UHGV virus genome: UHGV-0142951
Source of the DNA: a virus
DNA length: 21,565 bases
Strand: one strand, 5' to 3'
Shown piece by piece: positions 9,199 to 18,526 of this stretch; position 1 is the first letter of the stretch; each line of letters begins with the position of its first letter. A program made the position numbers and the translations under genes. A model generated the notes under the pieces. That model worked only from the letters and a program-made list of their open reading frames with translations, was not told the origin of the DNA and did not search any database.

Positions 9199-9225
9199 AA
9201 GGGGCTTCGGCCCCTCTTTTTTTTT
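9199..9225 (+). terminator. Strong rho-independent terminator immediately after the coat gene
   Basis: Stem AAGGGGC (9199-9205) / GCCCCT(T) with TTCG tetraloop (9206-9209), followed by a T9 run (9217-9225). Confidence 0.8.
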
Positions 9226-9235
9226 GGAGATCGAA

Positions 9236-9424
9236 ATGTCTCAAATCATGCTTTATAAGCCGGGATCGATGATCACCTGCGGCCCCCACTCGCTGGATTA
9301 CATCATCGTTGATGACGAAGAAGTTAAATCTCACCTGAAAAAAGGCTGGGTAAAAACTCCTGAAGAAACCGCAACGAAGCAAAAAGTGGCTAAGGCGGAA
9401 GAAGATGGCGAAAACGAAGGGTGA
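9236..9424 (+). CDS. Small hypothetical protein, 62 aa, between coat and gp4-like genes
   Basis: Internal ATG 9236 of track ORF 9068..9424 with GGAGA at 9226-9230, located right after the terminator. Protein MSQIMLYKPGSMITCGPHSLDYIIVDDEE... with acidic C-terminus. 3' end overlaps the gp4-like start. Confidence 0.45.
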   Translation: MSQIMLYKPGSMITCGPHSLDYIIVDDEEVKSHLKKGWVKTPEETATKQKVAKAEEDGENEG

Positions 9425-9866
9425 TCTCGTTCTAAAGGCTTTACGAAAAGCCGGGCTGTATTCCAATGCCACGTTGACAGATGCTGACCCTCAGGCAATT
9501 GAAGATGCCATTAATGACCTCGAAGACATGATGGCAGCATGGCAGGCTAAAGGTATCGAGCTTGGATATCAGTTTGCTGATACAGAAAACGGCATCATGC
9601 CGTTACCTGACGATGATTCAGGTATCCCTGCATGGGCAAATGATGGCGTCGCTTTGAAACTCGCTGTGCAAGTGTGCATGGATAACGTCATTCAGCCGTC
9701 AGACGCTCTCCTTACCGCTGCTGACAGTGCATATCAAACAATCTGTATCGCTTTAACCAAAATACCACCACTTGAGCGACGAAATGACATGCCTCGCGGG
9801 GCGGGGTTAAAAAGCGCGTTTACGTGGAATCGGTTTTACATCGAGAAAGATGATCCGAGTACGTGA
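9405..9866 (+). CDS. Tail adaptor / head completion protein (P22 gp4-like)
   Basis: ORF track 9405..9866, 153 aa. N-terminus KTKGDLVLKALRKAGLYSNATLTDADPQAIEDAINDLEDMMAAW resembles recalled P22 gp4; conserved gene order. Confidence 0.8.
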   Translation: MAKTKGDLVLKALRKAGLYSNATLTDADPQAIEDAINDLEDMMAAWQAKGIELGYQFADTENGIMPLPDDDSGIPAWANDGVALKLAVQVCMDNVIQPSDALLTAADSAYQTICIALTKIPPLERRNDMPRGAGLKSAFTWNRFYIEKDDPST

Positions 9867-9875
9867 GGTGAATAA

Positions 9876-11294
9876 ATGCCGATTCAGCAACTTCCGCTTA
9901 TGAAAGGTGTCGGCAAAGACTTTCGAAACGCCGACTATATCGACTATCTGCCAGTGAATATGCTGGCTACGCCCAAAGAAATACTCAACAGCAGCGGATA
10001 TCTTCGCTCATTCCCGGGCATTGCCAAACGTTCTGATGTGAACGGCGTATCGCGGGGCGTCGAGTACAACATGGCGCAGAATGCTGTTTATCGCGTATGT
10101 GGTGGTAAGCTGTACAAAGGAGAAAGTGAAGTCGGTGACGTCGCCGGAAGTGGTCGCGTATCAATGGCGCATGGTCGAACATCACAGGCGGTAGGCGTTA
10201 ATGGTCAACTGGTCGAATACCGCTATGATGGCACGGTTAAAACCGTCTCAAACTGGCCTACAGACAGCGGATTCACGCAGTATGAGTTAGGCTCAGTCCG
10301 CGACATTACGCGCTTGCGTGGGCGTTATGCGTGGTCAAAAGACGGCACTGATTCATGGTTTATCACTGACCCTGAAGACGAATCGCATCCTGACCGTTAC
10401 AGCGCACAATATCGCGCAGAATCTCAGCCGGACGGCATCATCGGCATCGGAACATGGCGAGACTTCATCGTCTGCTTTGGCTCATCGACGATTGAATATT
10501 TCTCCCTGACGGGCGCAACCACTGTTGGTGCCGCTTTGTATGTCGCCCAGCCATCGTTGATGGTGCAAAAAGGAATCGCCGGAACCTACTGCAAAACGCC
10601 GTTTGCTGATTCGTATGCGTTCATCAGCAATCCGGCAACAGGTGCGCCGTCTGTGTACATCATCGGCTCCGGTCAGGTGTCACCAATCGCCAGCGCGAGC
10701 ATTGAGAAAATCCTCCGCTCCTACACTGCTGATGAACTGGCTGATGGCGTGATGGAGTCTCTGCGCTTTGATGCTCATGAGTTGCTGATTATCCACCTTC
10801 CGCGCCATGTTCTCGTGTACGACGCATCTTCAAGCGCCAATGGTCCGCAATGGTGTGTGCTGAAAACAGGCTTGTATGACGATGTGTACCGCGCTATCGA
10901 CTTCATTTACGAAGGCAATCAGATAACGTGCGGAGATAAGCTGGAATCGGTTATCGGCAAATTGCAGTTCGATATCAGCAGCCAGTATGGGCTACAGCAA
11001 GAACACCTGTTGTTTACACCACTCTTCAAAGCTGAGAACGCCAGATGTTTTGATCTGGAAGTTGAATCATCGACTGGTGTCGCTCAGTACGCTGACCGCC
11101 TGTTCCTCTCTGCAACCACTGACGGCATCAATTACGGACGTGAGCAGATGATTGAGCAGAATGAACCGTTCGTTTACGACAAACGCGTTTTGTGGAAGCG
11201 AGTAGGGCGCATCAGGAAAAATGTCGGCTTCAAATTGCGCGTTATCACGAAGTCACCTGTCACTCTGTCTGGCGCTCAGATAAGGATCGAGTAA
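9876..11294 (+). CDS. Tail hub protein (P22 gp10-like)
   Basis: ORF track 9876..11294, 472 aa (same length as P22 gp10). GAGGTG upstream; position between gp4-like and needle genes. Confidence 0.8.
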   Translation: MPIQQLPLMKGVGKDFRNADYIDYLPVNMLATPKEILNSSGYLRSFPGIAKRSDVNGVSRGVEYNMAQNAVYRVCGGKLYKGESEVGDVAGSGRVSMAHGRTSQAVGVNGQLVEYRYDGTVKTVSNWPTDSGFTQYELGSVRDITRLRGRYAWSKDGTDSWFITDPEDESHPDRYSAQYRAESQPDGIIGIGTWRDFIVCFGSSTIEYFSLTGATTVGAALYVAQPSLMVQKGIAGTYCKTPFADSYAFISNPATGAPSVYIIGSGQVSPIASASIEKILRSYTADELADGVMESLRFDAHELLIIHLPRHVLVYDASSSANGPQWCVLKTGLYDDVYRAIDFIYEGNQITCGDKLESVIGKLQFDISSQYGLQQEHLLFTPLFKAENARCFDLEVESSTGVAQYADRLFLSATTDGINYGREQMIEQNEPFVYDKRVLWKRVGRIRKNVGFKLRVITKSPVTLSGAQIRIE

Positions 11295-11995
11295 TGGCTG
11301 ATTCGAATCTCAACACCCCTGTTATTGTGCAGGCGACGCGGCTCGATACATCAATCCTTCCACGCAATATATTCAGCCAGTCTTACCTGCTGTATGTCAT
11401 TAATCAGGGGGCTGATGTCGGCGCAATTGCCGGGAAGGCAAATCAGGCTGGTCAGGGCGCTTACGATGCTCAGGTGAAAAACGATGAACAGGACGTCGAA
11501 CTGGCAGATCACGATTCAAGAATCACCGCAAACACAAAAGCGATAAATCTCCTTGAGGTCAGGTTAACAACCGCCGAAGGGAAGATAGTCGTACTGCGTA
11601 GCGATGTTGATTACTTGCTGGATGAGGTTATCGATATTCAGGCGCATCTGGTCACTGTTGACAAAAGACTGGATGACGTAGAAAACGATGTCTCTGGCAT
11701 TAAGAGTGATTACGTATCGAAAACCGTAACAGAATCGCAGTCTCTTGCGTCACCGCTGGATGTAAAAACATCATATTCAGTTGATGGAATTCAGGTTGTT
11801 GGAGCAAGAAATACCGGATGGACTGCAGCCACAGGTACGCCACTTCTTGGCTCATTCAACGCTAACCAGTCATACACTGTCGGCACTACGTACACACAAT
11901 CCGAAGTCGCAGCTCTCGCTACAGGTTTGCAGCAGGCGCGGCAGCGTATTCTGGCGCTTGAAACAGCACTTAGATTACATGGGCTGATTGACTGA
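11294..11995 (+). CDS. Tail needle / cell-puncturing protein (P22 gp26-like), 233 aa
   Basis: Internal ATG 11294 of track ORF 11192..11995 (TAATG overlap with the gp10-like stop). N-terminus [35 protein letters not shown] and C-terminus ALRLHGLID match recalled P22 gp26. Confidence 0.85.
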   Translation: MADSNLNTPVIVQATRLDTSILPRNIFSQSYLLYVINQGADVGAIAGKANQAGQGAYDAQVKNDEQDVELADHDSRITANTKAINLLEVRLTTAEGKIVVLRSDVDYLLDEVIDIQAHLVTVDKRLDDVENDVSGIKSDYVSKTVTESQSLASPLDVKTSYSVDGIQVVGARNTGWTAATGTPLLGSFNANQSYTVGTTYTQSEVAALATGLQQARQRILALETALRLHGLID

Positions 11996-12450
11996 TGATT
12001 ACATTCAAACCAACGCGAAACATCGACCTGATAGAAGCAGTAGGAAATCACCCTGACATTATTGCTGGAAGCAACAACGGTGATGGATACGACTACAAGC
12101 CTGAATGCCGTTACTTTGAGGTTAACGTGCACGGTCAGTTTGGCGGCATTGTTTACTACCAGGAGATTCAGCCGCTTACATTCGATTGCCACGCCATGTA
12201 CCTGCCAGAGGTTCGCGGATTCAGCAAGGAAATCGGGCTGGCGTTCTGGCGATACATTCTGACTAACACCACCGTTCAGTGCGTCACATCGTTCGCTGCA
12301 CGCAAATTCCGCCACGGGCAGATGTACTGCGCAATTATTGGCCTTAAGCGTGTAGGAACCATCAAGAAATACTTCAAAGGCGTGGATGACGTGACTTTTT
12401 ACAGCGCCACACGCGAAGAACTAATCGACTTCCTGAATCACGGGAGATAG
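11995..12450 (+). CDS. P22 gp14-like protein
   Basis: ORF track 11995..12450, 151 aa. TGATG overlap with the needle gene; conserved position before the ejection proteins. Assignment is mainly by synteny. Confidence 0.55.
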   Translation: MITFKPTRNIDLIEAVGNHPDIIAGSNNGDGYDYKPECRYFEVNVHGQFGGIVYYQEIQPLTFDCHAMYLPEVRGFSKEIGLAFWRYILTNTTVQCVTSFAARKFRHGQMYCAIIGLKRVGTIKKYFKGVDDVTFYSATREELIDFLNHGR

Positions 12451-12452
12451 CC

Positions 12453-13145
12453 ATGTTATATGCATTTAAGCTGGGCAGAAAACTGCGCGGCGAGGAACCT
12501 TATCACCCTGAAAAAGGCGGGAAGGGTGGCTCCGATAAAAGCGCAAAGTATGCAGCAGAAGCTCAGAAGTATGCCGCAGACCTGCAACATCAGCAGTGGC
12601 AGACGATCATGAAAAACCTTGCTCCGTTCACGCCTCTTGCGGAGCAGTATGTTAACCAGCTTCAGAACCTTTCCAGTTTAGAAGGTCAGGGGCAGGCACT
12701 TAACCAGTATTACAACTCTCAGCAGTACAAAGATCTTGCTGGTCAGGCTCGCTATCAGAGTCTGGCGGCAGCGGAAGCAACAGGTGGATTGGGTTCCACT
12801 GCAACCGGTAATCAGTTAGCAACAATCGCACCAACGCTTGGTCAGCAGTGGCTGTCTGGTCAGATGAACAACTACAACAACCTGGCAAACATTGGCCTTG
12901 GTGCGCTGCAAGGTCAGGCAAACGCCGGGCAGACATATGCCAACAACATGAGTCAGATTTCGCAGCAAAGTGCGGCTCTTGCCGCTGCTAATGCCAATAA
13001 ACCATCAGGCCTTCAGACAGCAATTAGCGGCGGAGCTTCAGGGGCTATGACTGGCGCTGCTCTTGGCTCTATTGTTCCAGGACTTGGCACTGGATTAGGT
13101 GCGGCAATTGGCGGCGGACTTGGCCTGCTTGGCTCGTTGTTTTAA
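12453..13145 (+). CDS. Ejection (internal virion) protein, P22 gp7-like
   Basis: ORF track 12453..13145, 230 aa (P22 gp7 is about 229 aa). Q-rich middle and Gly-rich hydrophobic C-terminus (GLGTGLGAAIGGGLGLLGSLF). Synteny. Confidence 0.7.
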   Translation: MLYAFKLGRKLRGEEPYHPEKGGKGGSDKSAKYAAEAQKYAADLQHQQWQTIMKNLAPFTPLAEQYVNQLQNLSSLEGQGQALNQYYNSQQYKDLAGQARYQSLAAAEATGGLGSTATGNQLATIAPTLGQQWLSGQMNNYNNLANIGLGALQGQANAGQTYANNMSQISQQSAALAAANANKPSGLQTAISGGASGAMTGAALGSIVPGLGTGLGAAIGGGLGLLGSLF

Positions 13146-13154
13146 GGGGTAATC

Positions 13155-14621
13155 ATGGCTACTTGGCAAGGAACAAATGGCGGATTGTTGGCTGGTATCG
13201 GTGGTGTCAACTCAAACGCTCCGAGCGTAAATGACATCGGCAATACGCTTCAGCTTATCAGGCAGAACAATGATATTGAGCGTTCAGGCGCTAACAATGT
13301 TGGGCTGACTGCTTTGCAAGGCCTTTCAGGTATTGCAGGGGTGTTTCAGCAGGAAAAGCAGGCTCAGCGGCAGAAAGAATTTCAGCAGGCGTACGCTAAT
13401 GCTTATGCGTCTGGTGATCGCGGTGCTTTGCGTCAGTTGGCTACTCAATATCCAGACCAGATTGAATCTGTTCGCAAAGGCATGGGATTCATTGATGAAG
13501 ACCAGCGCAATTCTATCGGCACCTTAGCGGCTGGCGCACGCCTTGCGGCCTCGTCTCCAGAAGCAATGCAATCATGGCTGCAAAACAACGCCAAGGAACT
13601 GACTCGCGTCGGTGTTGACCCTAATAACGTTGCTCAGATGTATCAGCAGAATCCTTCAGGATTTGGTGAGTTTGTTGATCACCTTGGGATGGCTGCTCTT
13701 GGTCCGATTGATTACTTCAATGTTCAGGACAAGATGGCTGGTCGTGAGATTGACCGAGGCAGACTGGCAGAGACAATCCGCAGCAATCAGGCTGGTGAAG
13801 CACTTCAGGCGAGAGGGCAGGATATTAGCCGAGCAAATGCGTTAACGTCAGCATATGCACCAACAGCCGCAATGCAGAATTACAATCAGTACGCGCAAAT
13901 GTTAAAGGTAGATCCAGATGGTGCAGCGGCATTTGCGGCAGCGGCGGGAATTAATCCCAATGCTAAGAAATTACTTAAGGTTGAAACCAATCCTGATGGC
14001 TCGGTAACTAAGTATTACACCGATGGCAGCGAGGAAGCCGGAAAACTAAACCAACCTATATCTGGTGATGGCATTAAACCAATTAGCTTGCCACAAGCGC
14101 AAAGCATCATAGATAAGGCTAATGAGGGTTCCAAGAAGGCGGCGGGATTTGCTTTGCGATTAAAAGATTCAATGGACTCAATGAATCAGCTTAGTAAAAG
14201 CATTGACCCTAAGCGAGTTGCATTAATAAATCGCTCTCTTGGTGATGGAACTATTGCAAATTTAAGCCTATCACCAGCGGAGCAGCAATATATGGTAAAT
14301 GCGAGAGACGCCTTGTATGCAATTTTGCGCCCAGAAACAGGTGCAGCAATTACTCTGCCAGAGATGCAGGAGTATTCCAAAATGTACCTCCCTCAGCCCG
14401 GTGATTCCAAGGCTGCTACTGAAACAAAAATGCGAAAAATGCAGGGCCAATATAACTCATTACGTGGTCAGTCTGGTCGCGTTTATGATGCTTTGGTGGT
14501 TTCAAGTGCTGCAAATAGTCAACAACAGAGCAATAGCCAACAACCGACAAATACCCAACAGCAGCAGAGTCAATCCGGATCATATACCTCAAAATCAGGC
14601 ATTCAATTTACGGTGGAATGA
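13155..14621 (+). CDS. Ejection protein, P22 gp20-like
   Basis: ORF track 13155..14621, 488 aa. AAGGGG upstream; synteny between the gp7-like and gp16-like genes. Confidence 0.7.
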   Translation: MATWQGTNGGLLAGIGGVNSNAPSVNDIGNTLQLIRQNNDIERSGANNVGLTALQGLSGIAGVFQQEKQAQRQKEFQQAYANAYASGDRGALRQLATQYPDQIESVRKGMGFIDEDQRNSIGTLAAGARLAASSPEAMQSWLQNNAKELTRVGVDPNNVAQMYQQNPSGFGEFVDHLGMAALGPIDYFNVQDKMAGREIDRGRLAETIRSNQAGEALQARGQDISRANALTSAYAPTAAMQNYNQYAQMLKVDPDGAAAFAAAAGINPNAKKLLKVETNPDGSVTKYYTDGSEEAGKLNQPISGDGIKPISLPQAQSIIDKANEGSKKAAGFALRLKDSMDSMNQLSKSIDPKRVALINRSLGDGTIANLSLSPAEQQYMVNARDALYAILRPETGAAITLPEMQEYSKMYLPQPGDSKAATETKMRKMQGQYNSLRGQSGRVYDALVVSSAANSQQQSNSQQPTNTQQQQSQSGSYTSKSGIQFTVE

Positions 14622-16849
14622 TGAAAGTAACTGCAAACGGTAAGACATTTACCTTTCCTGATGGTACGAGCACCGAAGATATTGGCACCGCCATTGATGA
14701 GTATTTTGCTGGTCAGGCTGTTCAGCAACAAACAGTTAATCAGGCCAATAATGCACCAACACGGGAAGAACCATCATTGATGCAACAAGCTGGCGATTGG
14801 CTCACTGGTGGTCAAAGTGCAGAGCAAATTGCAGAACAGGCTGGTCGTGGTCTGGTAAACATACCATTTGACGTATTGCAGGGTGGCGCAAGTCTGATTA
14901 ATGCAATCAGTCAGGGGCTTGGGGGGCCAAAAGTATTGGATGATGTTTATCGTCCAGTAGACAGACCGACAGACCCCTACGCGCAAGCTGGAGAGTCAAT
15001 AGGCGGTTATCTTGTTCCTGGAGCAGGTGTAGCTGGAAACATGGTCATTGGTTCTCTCGCTGACGCGGCGAATCAACGGGGTGATTTTGCCGAAAATGCC
15101 GCTATTAATGCCGGACTTAACATTGCTACGCATGGCCTGATAAATGGCGTTACCCGTGGTGTTCGTGGTGCATCAAATATAATTAGTGGCAATAAAATAT
15201 CTGCACAGAGAGCGACCACTGCGCCAACAGAAACATCACCATTCTCCGGTGATGCCGCTGCAGCAACAAATCCTGCGGTTCATGCCGCAGAGGCAAGAGT
15301 AGCACAAGGTGTACCAATGACGCCTGCGACGAGGAACCCAGAGGAAGTCGTTCGCACAGTAGCAGCACAAAAAAGGCCAAATCTCGCTTCATCGCTTGAT
15401 GAACTAGATATCAATCCTCAGGCTGAAGTTCTGGAGTCTGCTGAAAGGCTTAATGTTGATTCATTACTCCCTTCACACTTTTCCGGGAACGAGCAATACA
15501 AGGCAGTTGAGCAAGCAATCAAGTCCCGTGCGGGTTCTGCTCTACAGGTGCAGGAAAATGAAGCAATCAGGCAGCTAGCACAGGGCGCGGGGGAGATAAT
15601 TGATCGCGTTTCCGGTGCAAAAGATGCTCTTGGTATGAGCGACAAGTTTATTGATACGGTCAATGGAAGAATGTCTGCGCTGATGAAACGAAGCGACCAG
15701 CTTTATCGCAATGTTGAAAAGGCGATGCCTGCAGGTGCAAAAATTGATGCGCCATCAACAAGGTCAATGCTCAAACAGGTGGCAGAAGATCTTGGCGGGA
15801 TGAAAAACCTTGACCCTATTGAAAAGAGAGTCTTTCGGGCAGTTAATCCAGGCAAGAACGGCGCATTAACTTATGCAAATCTCAATAAGCAACGACGACT
15901 TGTTGGTGATGCACTTCATAGGAATTCTGGACCATATAAAGATACTGATCGCGCTGCTTTATCGAGGCTTTACGGTTCGCTCGCCGATGATCAAAAGGCG
16001 GCGCTGTCAGAGACAAATGCATTACGTGATTTTGAAGTTGCTCAGAGGCTTGTTCAGATGCGAAAAAGCATGGAAGAGCAAATGATTAATCTAACTGGCA
16101 GAACGCTGAACGGTGATGTTTCTCGCAAAGCAACTACAGCACTACAGGCAATGTCGAAAGGCGATGCCAAAGGATTTCGTGAATTGATGCAAAACACGCC
16201 GTCCAGGAAGCTAAGAACCGAGCTACTGGGAACAGGTCTTCGGGATATGCTTTCGAACGGAAAACGTGGCGCTGATTTTAATCCTGCAGGGTTTGCTGAC
16301 TGGTATCAAAACATGTTAGCAAACGGGCAGATGCGCAATCTTGCCCGACATTTACCAAAAGAGACTATGTCAGGTCTGAACGATGTATATAAGGTCGCAA
16401 AGGCTATCAAAGACGCAAAATCTTACGAGATAACCACAGGAAGACTAAACGAGTTCGTCAAACGGTTTAATCGCGTCACTGCGGCAAATGAATTTGTTGC
16501 TAACCATGCCCAACGCATTGGCACTGCGGTTGGTTCAACTGTGTCAGGACCGTTCAGTGCAGTAGGTGCTGTTGCTGGGTCAGAAATTGGGGCAAAAGTC
16601 GCCAGCAAAATCAGGGCGATGGGCGGCGCTGCATCAATGGAATCTGCAGAAAAGCTAATTAGCTCACCAGAATTCCAGAAAGCAGCAAGGCTGGCAGTAA
16701 AACAAGCACCAGAAAGCATCGTTGATACAACTGTAAGACGCTCTTCTGCTTGGCGCTCGTTTTACAACTCACTTCCAGAATCAGATAAGAAAACCATATC
16801 AAGGCTAGGCATCATGTACTGGATGAACAGTGATGATAACCAGAAGTAA
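14618..16849 (+). CDS. Ejection protein, P22 gp16-like
   Basis: ORF track 14618..16849, 743 aa. Overlapping start (ATGATGA) with the gp20-like stop; last gene of the virion module. Confidence 0.7.
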   Translation: MMKVTANGKTFTFPDGTSTEDIGTAIDEYFAGQAVQQQTVNQANNAPTREEPSLMQQAGDWLTGGQSAEQIAEQAGRGLVNIPFDVLQGGASLINAISQGLGGPKVLDDVYRPVDRPTDPYAQAGESIGGYLVPGAGVAGNMVIGSLADAANQRGDFAENAAINAGLNIATHGLINGVTRGVRGASNIISGNKISAQRATTAPTETSPFSGDAAAATNPAVHAAEARVAQGVPMTPATRNPEEVVRTVAAQKRPNLASSLDELDINPQAEVLESAERLNVDSLLPSHFSGNEQYKAVEQAIKSRAGSALQVQENEAIRQLAQGAGEIIDRVSGAKDALGMSDKFIDTVNGRMSALMKRSDQLYRNVEKAMPAGAKIDAPSTRSMLKQVAEDLGGMKNLDPIEKRVFRAVNPGKNGALTYANLNKQRRLVGDALHRNSGPYKDTDRAALSRLYGSLADDQKAALSETNALRDFEVAQRLVQMRKSMEEQMINLTGRTLNGDVSRKATTALQAMSKGDAKGFRELMQNTPSRKLRTELLGTGLRDMLSNGKRGADFNPAGFADWYQNMLANGQMRNLARHLPKETMSGLNDVYKVAKAIKDAKSYEITTGRLNEFVKRFNRVTAANEFVANHAQRIGTAVGSTVSGPFSAVGAVAGSEIGAKVASKIRAMGGAASMESAEKLISSPEFQKAARLAVKQAPESIVDTTVRRSSAWRSFYNSLPESDKKTISRLGIMYWMNSDDNQK

Positions 16850-16866
16850 CGGAAAGCCACGGATGG

Positions 16867-17037
16867 TTAGTTGCTGTCTTTTTTATATAAATCTCTGAGC
16901 GTATCAAAGACAATTTTCTTTACCATATCGGATTGTTGGTCTGCAATACGCGATGCTATTGGTAGCGATGAATTCAATCGCTTGTCGAGAGCTGGTATTG
17001 TCGCCTCGTTAAGCGGTATGAATGAATATGAATAGCT
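16867..17037 (-). pseudogene. 3' remnant of an mnt-type repressor gene (C-terminal about 56 codons, no start codon or RBS)
   Basis: Minus-strand frame continuing directly after the lipoprotein stop codon translates to ...LPIASRIADQQSDMVKKIVFDTLRDLYKKDSN*. This closely matches the recalled C-terminus of P22 Mnt (...RLADEQSELVKKMVFDTLKDLYKKTT). The N-terminal RHH part is absent. Confidence 0.55.
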
Positions 17038-17523
17038 TTATCTAATGTTGCTGCTACTGTTGCATGTGACGGTGTTTCCAAATCCTGAATTGCAGTTTGT
17101 ATATGTGTCAACGCGTGTTGGGTAAGGTTGAGTTATAACAGGCTGGCGCGCTTTTTGCTCGATCGCTTGCATTGTGTTTACAGCCTGATAATTCAATAAA
17201 GCCTGCTGGAATGCTTGGCTTTGCGCTATTTGTTGGGCTTGTTCTTGGCTTTGTAATTGAACATAAAGATTCTGAAGTTCAAGTCTTGCCTGTGTGTCAC
17301 TTATCTTGCCTTCATCGACACCTTGCCCGAGCATCTTCGCAGCAAGGACATACAGCTTAGGTGTTGGTGCTGATGCCATGCGAGAGTCGTTCTTCAAGCT
17401 GGCATCAAGGCAATTAGCCATATCGCTAAGCTTTGGATAGCGTTGCTCGCAACTTGCCTGATAGTCGCTTACTTTTGCGCACCCAGCCAGCAGAAGCGGG
17501 ATAATTAACAGTGATTTTTTCAT
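17038..17523 (-). CDS. Predicted lipoprotein of unknown function, 161 aa (accessory gene)
   Basis: Internal ATG (17521-17523) of track ORF 17038..17574 with AAGGAGAG upstream. Signal peptide MKKSLLIIPLLLAGC with lipobox LLAGC; Gln-rich helical middle; Cys-containing C-terminus. Lower GC than the structural genes (by eye). Confidence 0.7.
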   Translation of the reverse strand: MKKSLLIIPLLLAGCAKVSDYQASCEQRYPKLSDMANCLDASLKNDSRMASAPTPKLYVLAAKMLGQGVDEGKISDTQARLELQNLYVQLQSQEQAQQIAQSQAFQQALLNYQAVNTMQAIEQKARQPVITQPYPTRVDTYTNCNSGFGNTVTCNSSSNIR

Positions 17524-17557
17524 ATAATTAACTCTCCTTAGTTTTGCGCAGGATACC

Positions 17558-17923
17558 ATGAAAAAAGTTAACATTGGAAATGTACCAAAGATGCTAGTAC
17601 CGCTCTTTGAGAGCGGTACAATTGTGTTTTGTAGAGACTTTCCAGAATGGCAACGCCTGCATCAAAAACTTGGCGTTGACGTGCATGACTCGGACGCCAA
17701 CGGAGCGTCTCATACAATGAGTAGCGAGAATGGTGTTTTGCATGTGATAGGCGTGTTCAATGGCAAACTATCTACTATTGCCCATGAGTGCGCTCACATG
17801 GCATTCGATATCTGCTCAAGGGTAGGTGTTGATGTTGAACCAGGAAGAGCCAACGAGACTTACTGCTACTTAATGAGCAGGCTTGTTGAGTTCTGCGAGC
17901 GACATATCAAAAAGCCGGAGTGA
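17558..17923 (+). CDS. Small HExxH zinc-metallopeptidase-like protein, 121 aa (possibly ImmA/IrrE-like)
   Basis: ORF track 17558..17923. Motif STIAHECAHMAF (His76-Glu77-x-x-His80) with candidate third ligand in VEPGRANETY (Glu94/Glu100); the context resembles the recalled ImmA/IrrE signature (..LAHELGH.. / ..E.EAN..). Divergent from the lipoprotein gene, start codons 34 bp apart. Confidence 0.55.
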   Translation: MKKVNIGNVPKMLVPLFESGTIVFCRDFPEWQRLHQKLGVDVHDSDANGASHTMSSENGVLHVIGVFNGKLSTIAHECAHMAFDICSRVGVDVEPGRANETYCYLMSRLVEFCERHIKKPE

Positions 17924-17931
17924 CCCGGCTT
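17907..17931 (-). terminator. Candidate rho-independent terminator for the minus-strand small gene
   Basis: 7-bp stem AAGCCGG (17912-17918) / CCGGCTT (17925-17931), loop AGTGAC. On the minus strand it is followed by a U-run (plus-strand A-run 17909-13), 5 nt past the stop of gene 17937..18116. Confidence 0.45.
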
Positions 17932-17936
17932 GAGTA

Positions 17937-18116
17937 TTACTTTTTGCTGTCTGGAGTTCGCTTATCCAATACCCAGCCATGACCTGGCTTTGTTGTTGGT
18001 GGAAGCCTTTCGTTGTCCTTGACGGTTGCAAAATTGTCTTTCTTACCGCCGCGTGGGCCAACTTCTTGGTATATTCCGCCGTTTTTTCCTGTGTTTTCAC
18101 CTGGTTTTTTCGCCAT
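17937..18116 (-). CDS. Small basic Gly/Pro-rich protein, 59 aa (YjzC-like pattern, tentative)
   Basis: Internal ATG (18114-18116) of track ORF 17937..18131 with GAGG 6 nt upstream. Protein MAKKPGENTGKNGGIYQEVGPRGGKKDNFATVKDNERLPPTTKPGHGWVLDKRTPDSKK, no hydrophobic segment. Has its own candidate promoter and terminator. Confidence 0.5.
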   Translation of the reverse strand: MAKKPGENTGKNGGIYQEVGPRGGKKDNFATVKDNERLPPTTKPGHGWVLDKRTPDSKK

Positions 18117-18152
18117 GATATACCTCAACATATACCCGTTATTGGGCGATTA

Positions 18153-18181
18153 AATATTGATCTCATTTTATAAGTAGTCAA
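18153..18181 (-). promoter_or_regulatory. Candidate sigma70 promoter for the minus-strand small basic protein gene
   Basis: Minus strand reads TTGACT (plus 18176-18181), 17-nt spacer, AATATT (plus 18153-18158), about 35 nt upstream of the RBS. Confidence 0.3.
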
Positions 18182-18206
18182 TATGGCCCAGGTAAATGCA
18201 AAAATT

Positions 18207-18231
18207 AACCCACCGTCAGGTGGGTTTTTTT
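18207..18231 (+). terminator. Rho-independent terminator (strong on the + strand, A/T-flanked on both sides)
   Basis: Perfect 8-bp stem AACCCACC (18207-18214) / GGTGGGTT (18219-18226), loop GTCA, then a T7 run (18225-18231). Confidence 0.7.
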
Positions 18232-18263
18232 ATCTTCTCTACTTTAAAGATTAAGGAAATACC

Positions 18264-18449
18264 ATGACCATAGAAGAACGTCTGAACAACATTGAGTTGA
18301 ATCAAACCCTGCTTGACCAGCGACTTTCAGATCTTGAGCTTAAAGATCTAGATGTGCAAATATCAGAAGCAGAAGCCAAGCTCTCCAGCTTAAACCACCG
18401 CAGGAAGCAAATCCGCGACAGAATTACTCGTGGACGCGGAGGCTGTTAA
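18264..18449 (+). CDS. Small coiled-coil protein with basic C-terminus, 61 aa, hypothetical
   Basis: ORF track 18264..18449. AAGGA RBS 7 nt upstream. Heptad-like Leu/Ile pattern (IEERLNNIELNQTLLDQRLSDLELKDLDV) then RRKQIRDRITRGRGGC. Confidence 0.45.
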   Translation: MTIEERLNNIELNQTLLDQRLSDLELKDLDVQISEAEAKLSSLNHRRKQIRDRITRGRGGC

Positions 18450-18526
18450 GGTGTGATGGTAATCCTTGCTCACTAAATTTAAGGATGCGAATCTTTCCGG
18501 CCATAGGAGTAATCATGATTTACCCA

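Noticed and set aside
17597-17619. Perfect 9-bp inverted repeat GTACCGCTC-TTTGA-GAGCGGTAC inside the HExxH gene, about 75 bp upstream of the lipoprotein start
   Set aside because: A single 9-bp inverted repeat is expected roughly once by chance in 21 kb. It might be an operator or mRNA hairpin, but there is no supporting repetition of the motif elsewhere.
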